The notes under the pieces: generated by a model
Told to the model about the DNA's origin: nothing
Databases searched by the model: none
What the model saw: the letters and a program-made list of their open reading frames with translations, nothing else
Shown here: positions 34,777 through 35,658 of the stretch, in pieces
Numbering within the stretch: the first letter of the stretch is position 1
Layout of the letters: every line of letters begins with the position of its first letter
NCBI GenBank assembly: GCA_023231475.1
Contig: JALJEE010003044.1
Span: 1 to 35,658 of the forward strand
Source: Seison nebaliae
Lineage: Eukaryota
DNA length: 35,658 nucleotides
Direction: 5' to 3'
Made by a program: the position numbers and the translations under genes

Positions 34777-35270
34777 CAGTAGGGTATGACTATTTTCACT
34801 CTAGTACATACGACGAAACGATCGAGGTGCTCCGAAAAAGGTGCCCCGCGATTGTTCAAGGTAACTCCTATAAAAAACGAAACCGACATGGTTCGTTTTA
34901 ACATCGAATTAAACGGAATAATTAGAACAATTCGATCAATGAACGTATTTAAATTAATCCATTCAAAGCTCTCTTATGATCTGAAGGAAGAATGGGTGAC
35001 GAGATATTTGAATGCCCATAAGATCTCCTTAAGGCAAACTATAGAATTTTTGGACGAGACTTCTCACTTTTGTCAGAAGAAACCTCACAAAAAACACGGA
35101 GGAAAGTCGACCAAACTATGATGATATCAGAATATCAAAGTGTTCTTGAGAGTTATATTTTTACTGTTCAGCTCGTCAATTACTTTTCCGATGATATTTA
35201 TCTTGCTGATCATTGTAGTTAGGAGTTGGGTCATTCCATTAATCAAGTCCTATACATGATTTTGTAGGAA
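34777..35270 (+). pseudogene. Tc1/IS630-mariner transposase remnant, frameshifted and deleted
   Basis: TA|CAGTAG terminus, then motifs in the expected order across frames: RGAPKK (GRPRK-like linker), WVTRYLNAHKIS (HTH), IEFLDET (first catalytic Asp), VDQTMMISEYQSVLESYI (G.mn...Y..iL...l) and IYLADHCS (second Asp region). Confidence 0.65.
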
Positions 35271-35658
35271 ACCTGTGAAAAACGAAATAAAAACAATTAG
35301 TTTTGTATAGAGGAAGATTATAAATAGGAAGAGATAAATGGAAAAAGCACTTCTACTATTATTCGGGAAACTACATTTTTATTGAACATCAATAAATAAA
35401 CATCTATTTATTTTAATTAACATTGAGGAATTTTCTACATTTTCCTCATTAGAATGCCTAAATTTTAAATGATGCGAAATTTTCAACAGACGCCATATAA
35501 TATACTTAGCAATGAGAAAGAATATATTCTGAATCTATGTGTTCGATCGAAGTAAATAATGTAGTATATGTGAATTTTTATGGTGATTGTTCTAATAAGT
35601 CCAGAACTTCTTATTGTTTGTACGAATTTCTGTCGAAGGAGTGTGGGGATAGTACTTT

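Overview
AT-rich (roughly 30% GC by eye), gene-dense animal genomic DNA read with the standard code. There are five host genes: a 5'-partial membrane-anchored poly-Thr mucin-like gene (+), an intronless 1032-aa coiled-coil protein of unknown family (+), a greatly expanded MAST kinase (+; DUF1908, AGC kinase, PDZ), a spastizin/ZFYVE26-like FYVE gene (-; 9 exons reconstructed) and a divergent EB1/MAPRE gene (-; 5 exons). The intergenic DNA holds transposon debris: two Mutator-like elements with 9-bp target-site duplications and asymmetric ends (one enclosing a hAT piece), a LINE/hAT/Tc1 pile-up at the right end, and two minus-strand ORF ends sharing the peptide LPRGDL. The most striking signal is splicing. 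All 15 introns I could reconstruct by frame continuity begin GTT rather than GTA/GTG, the exonic -1 base is A in 11 of 15, and at least 5 end in AAG, which suggests a lineage-shifted splice-site code. Gene models were built by hand without RNA data, homology calls come from remembered motifs rather than database searches, and the species cannot be identified from this window.
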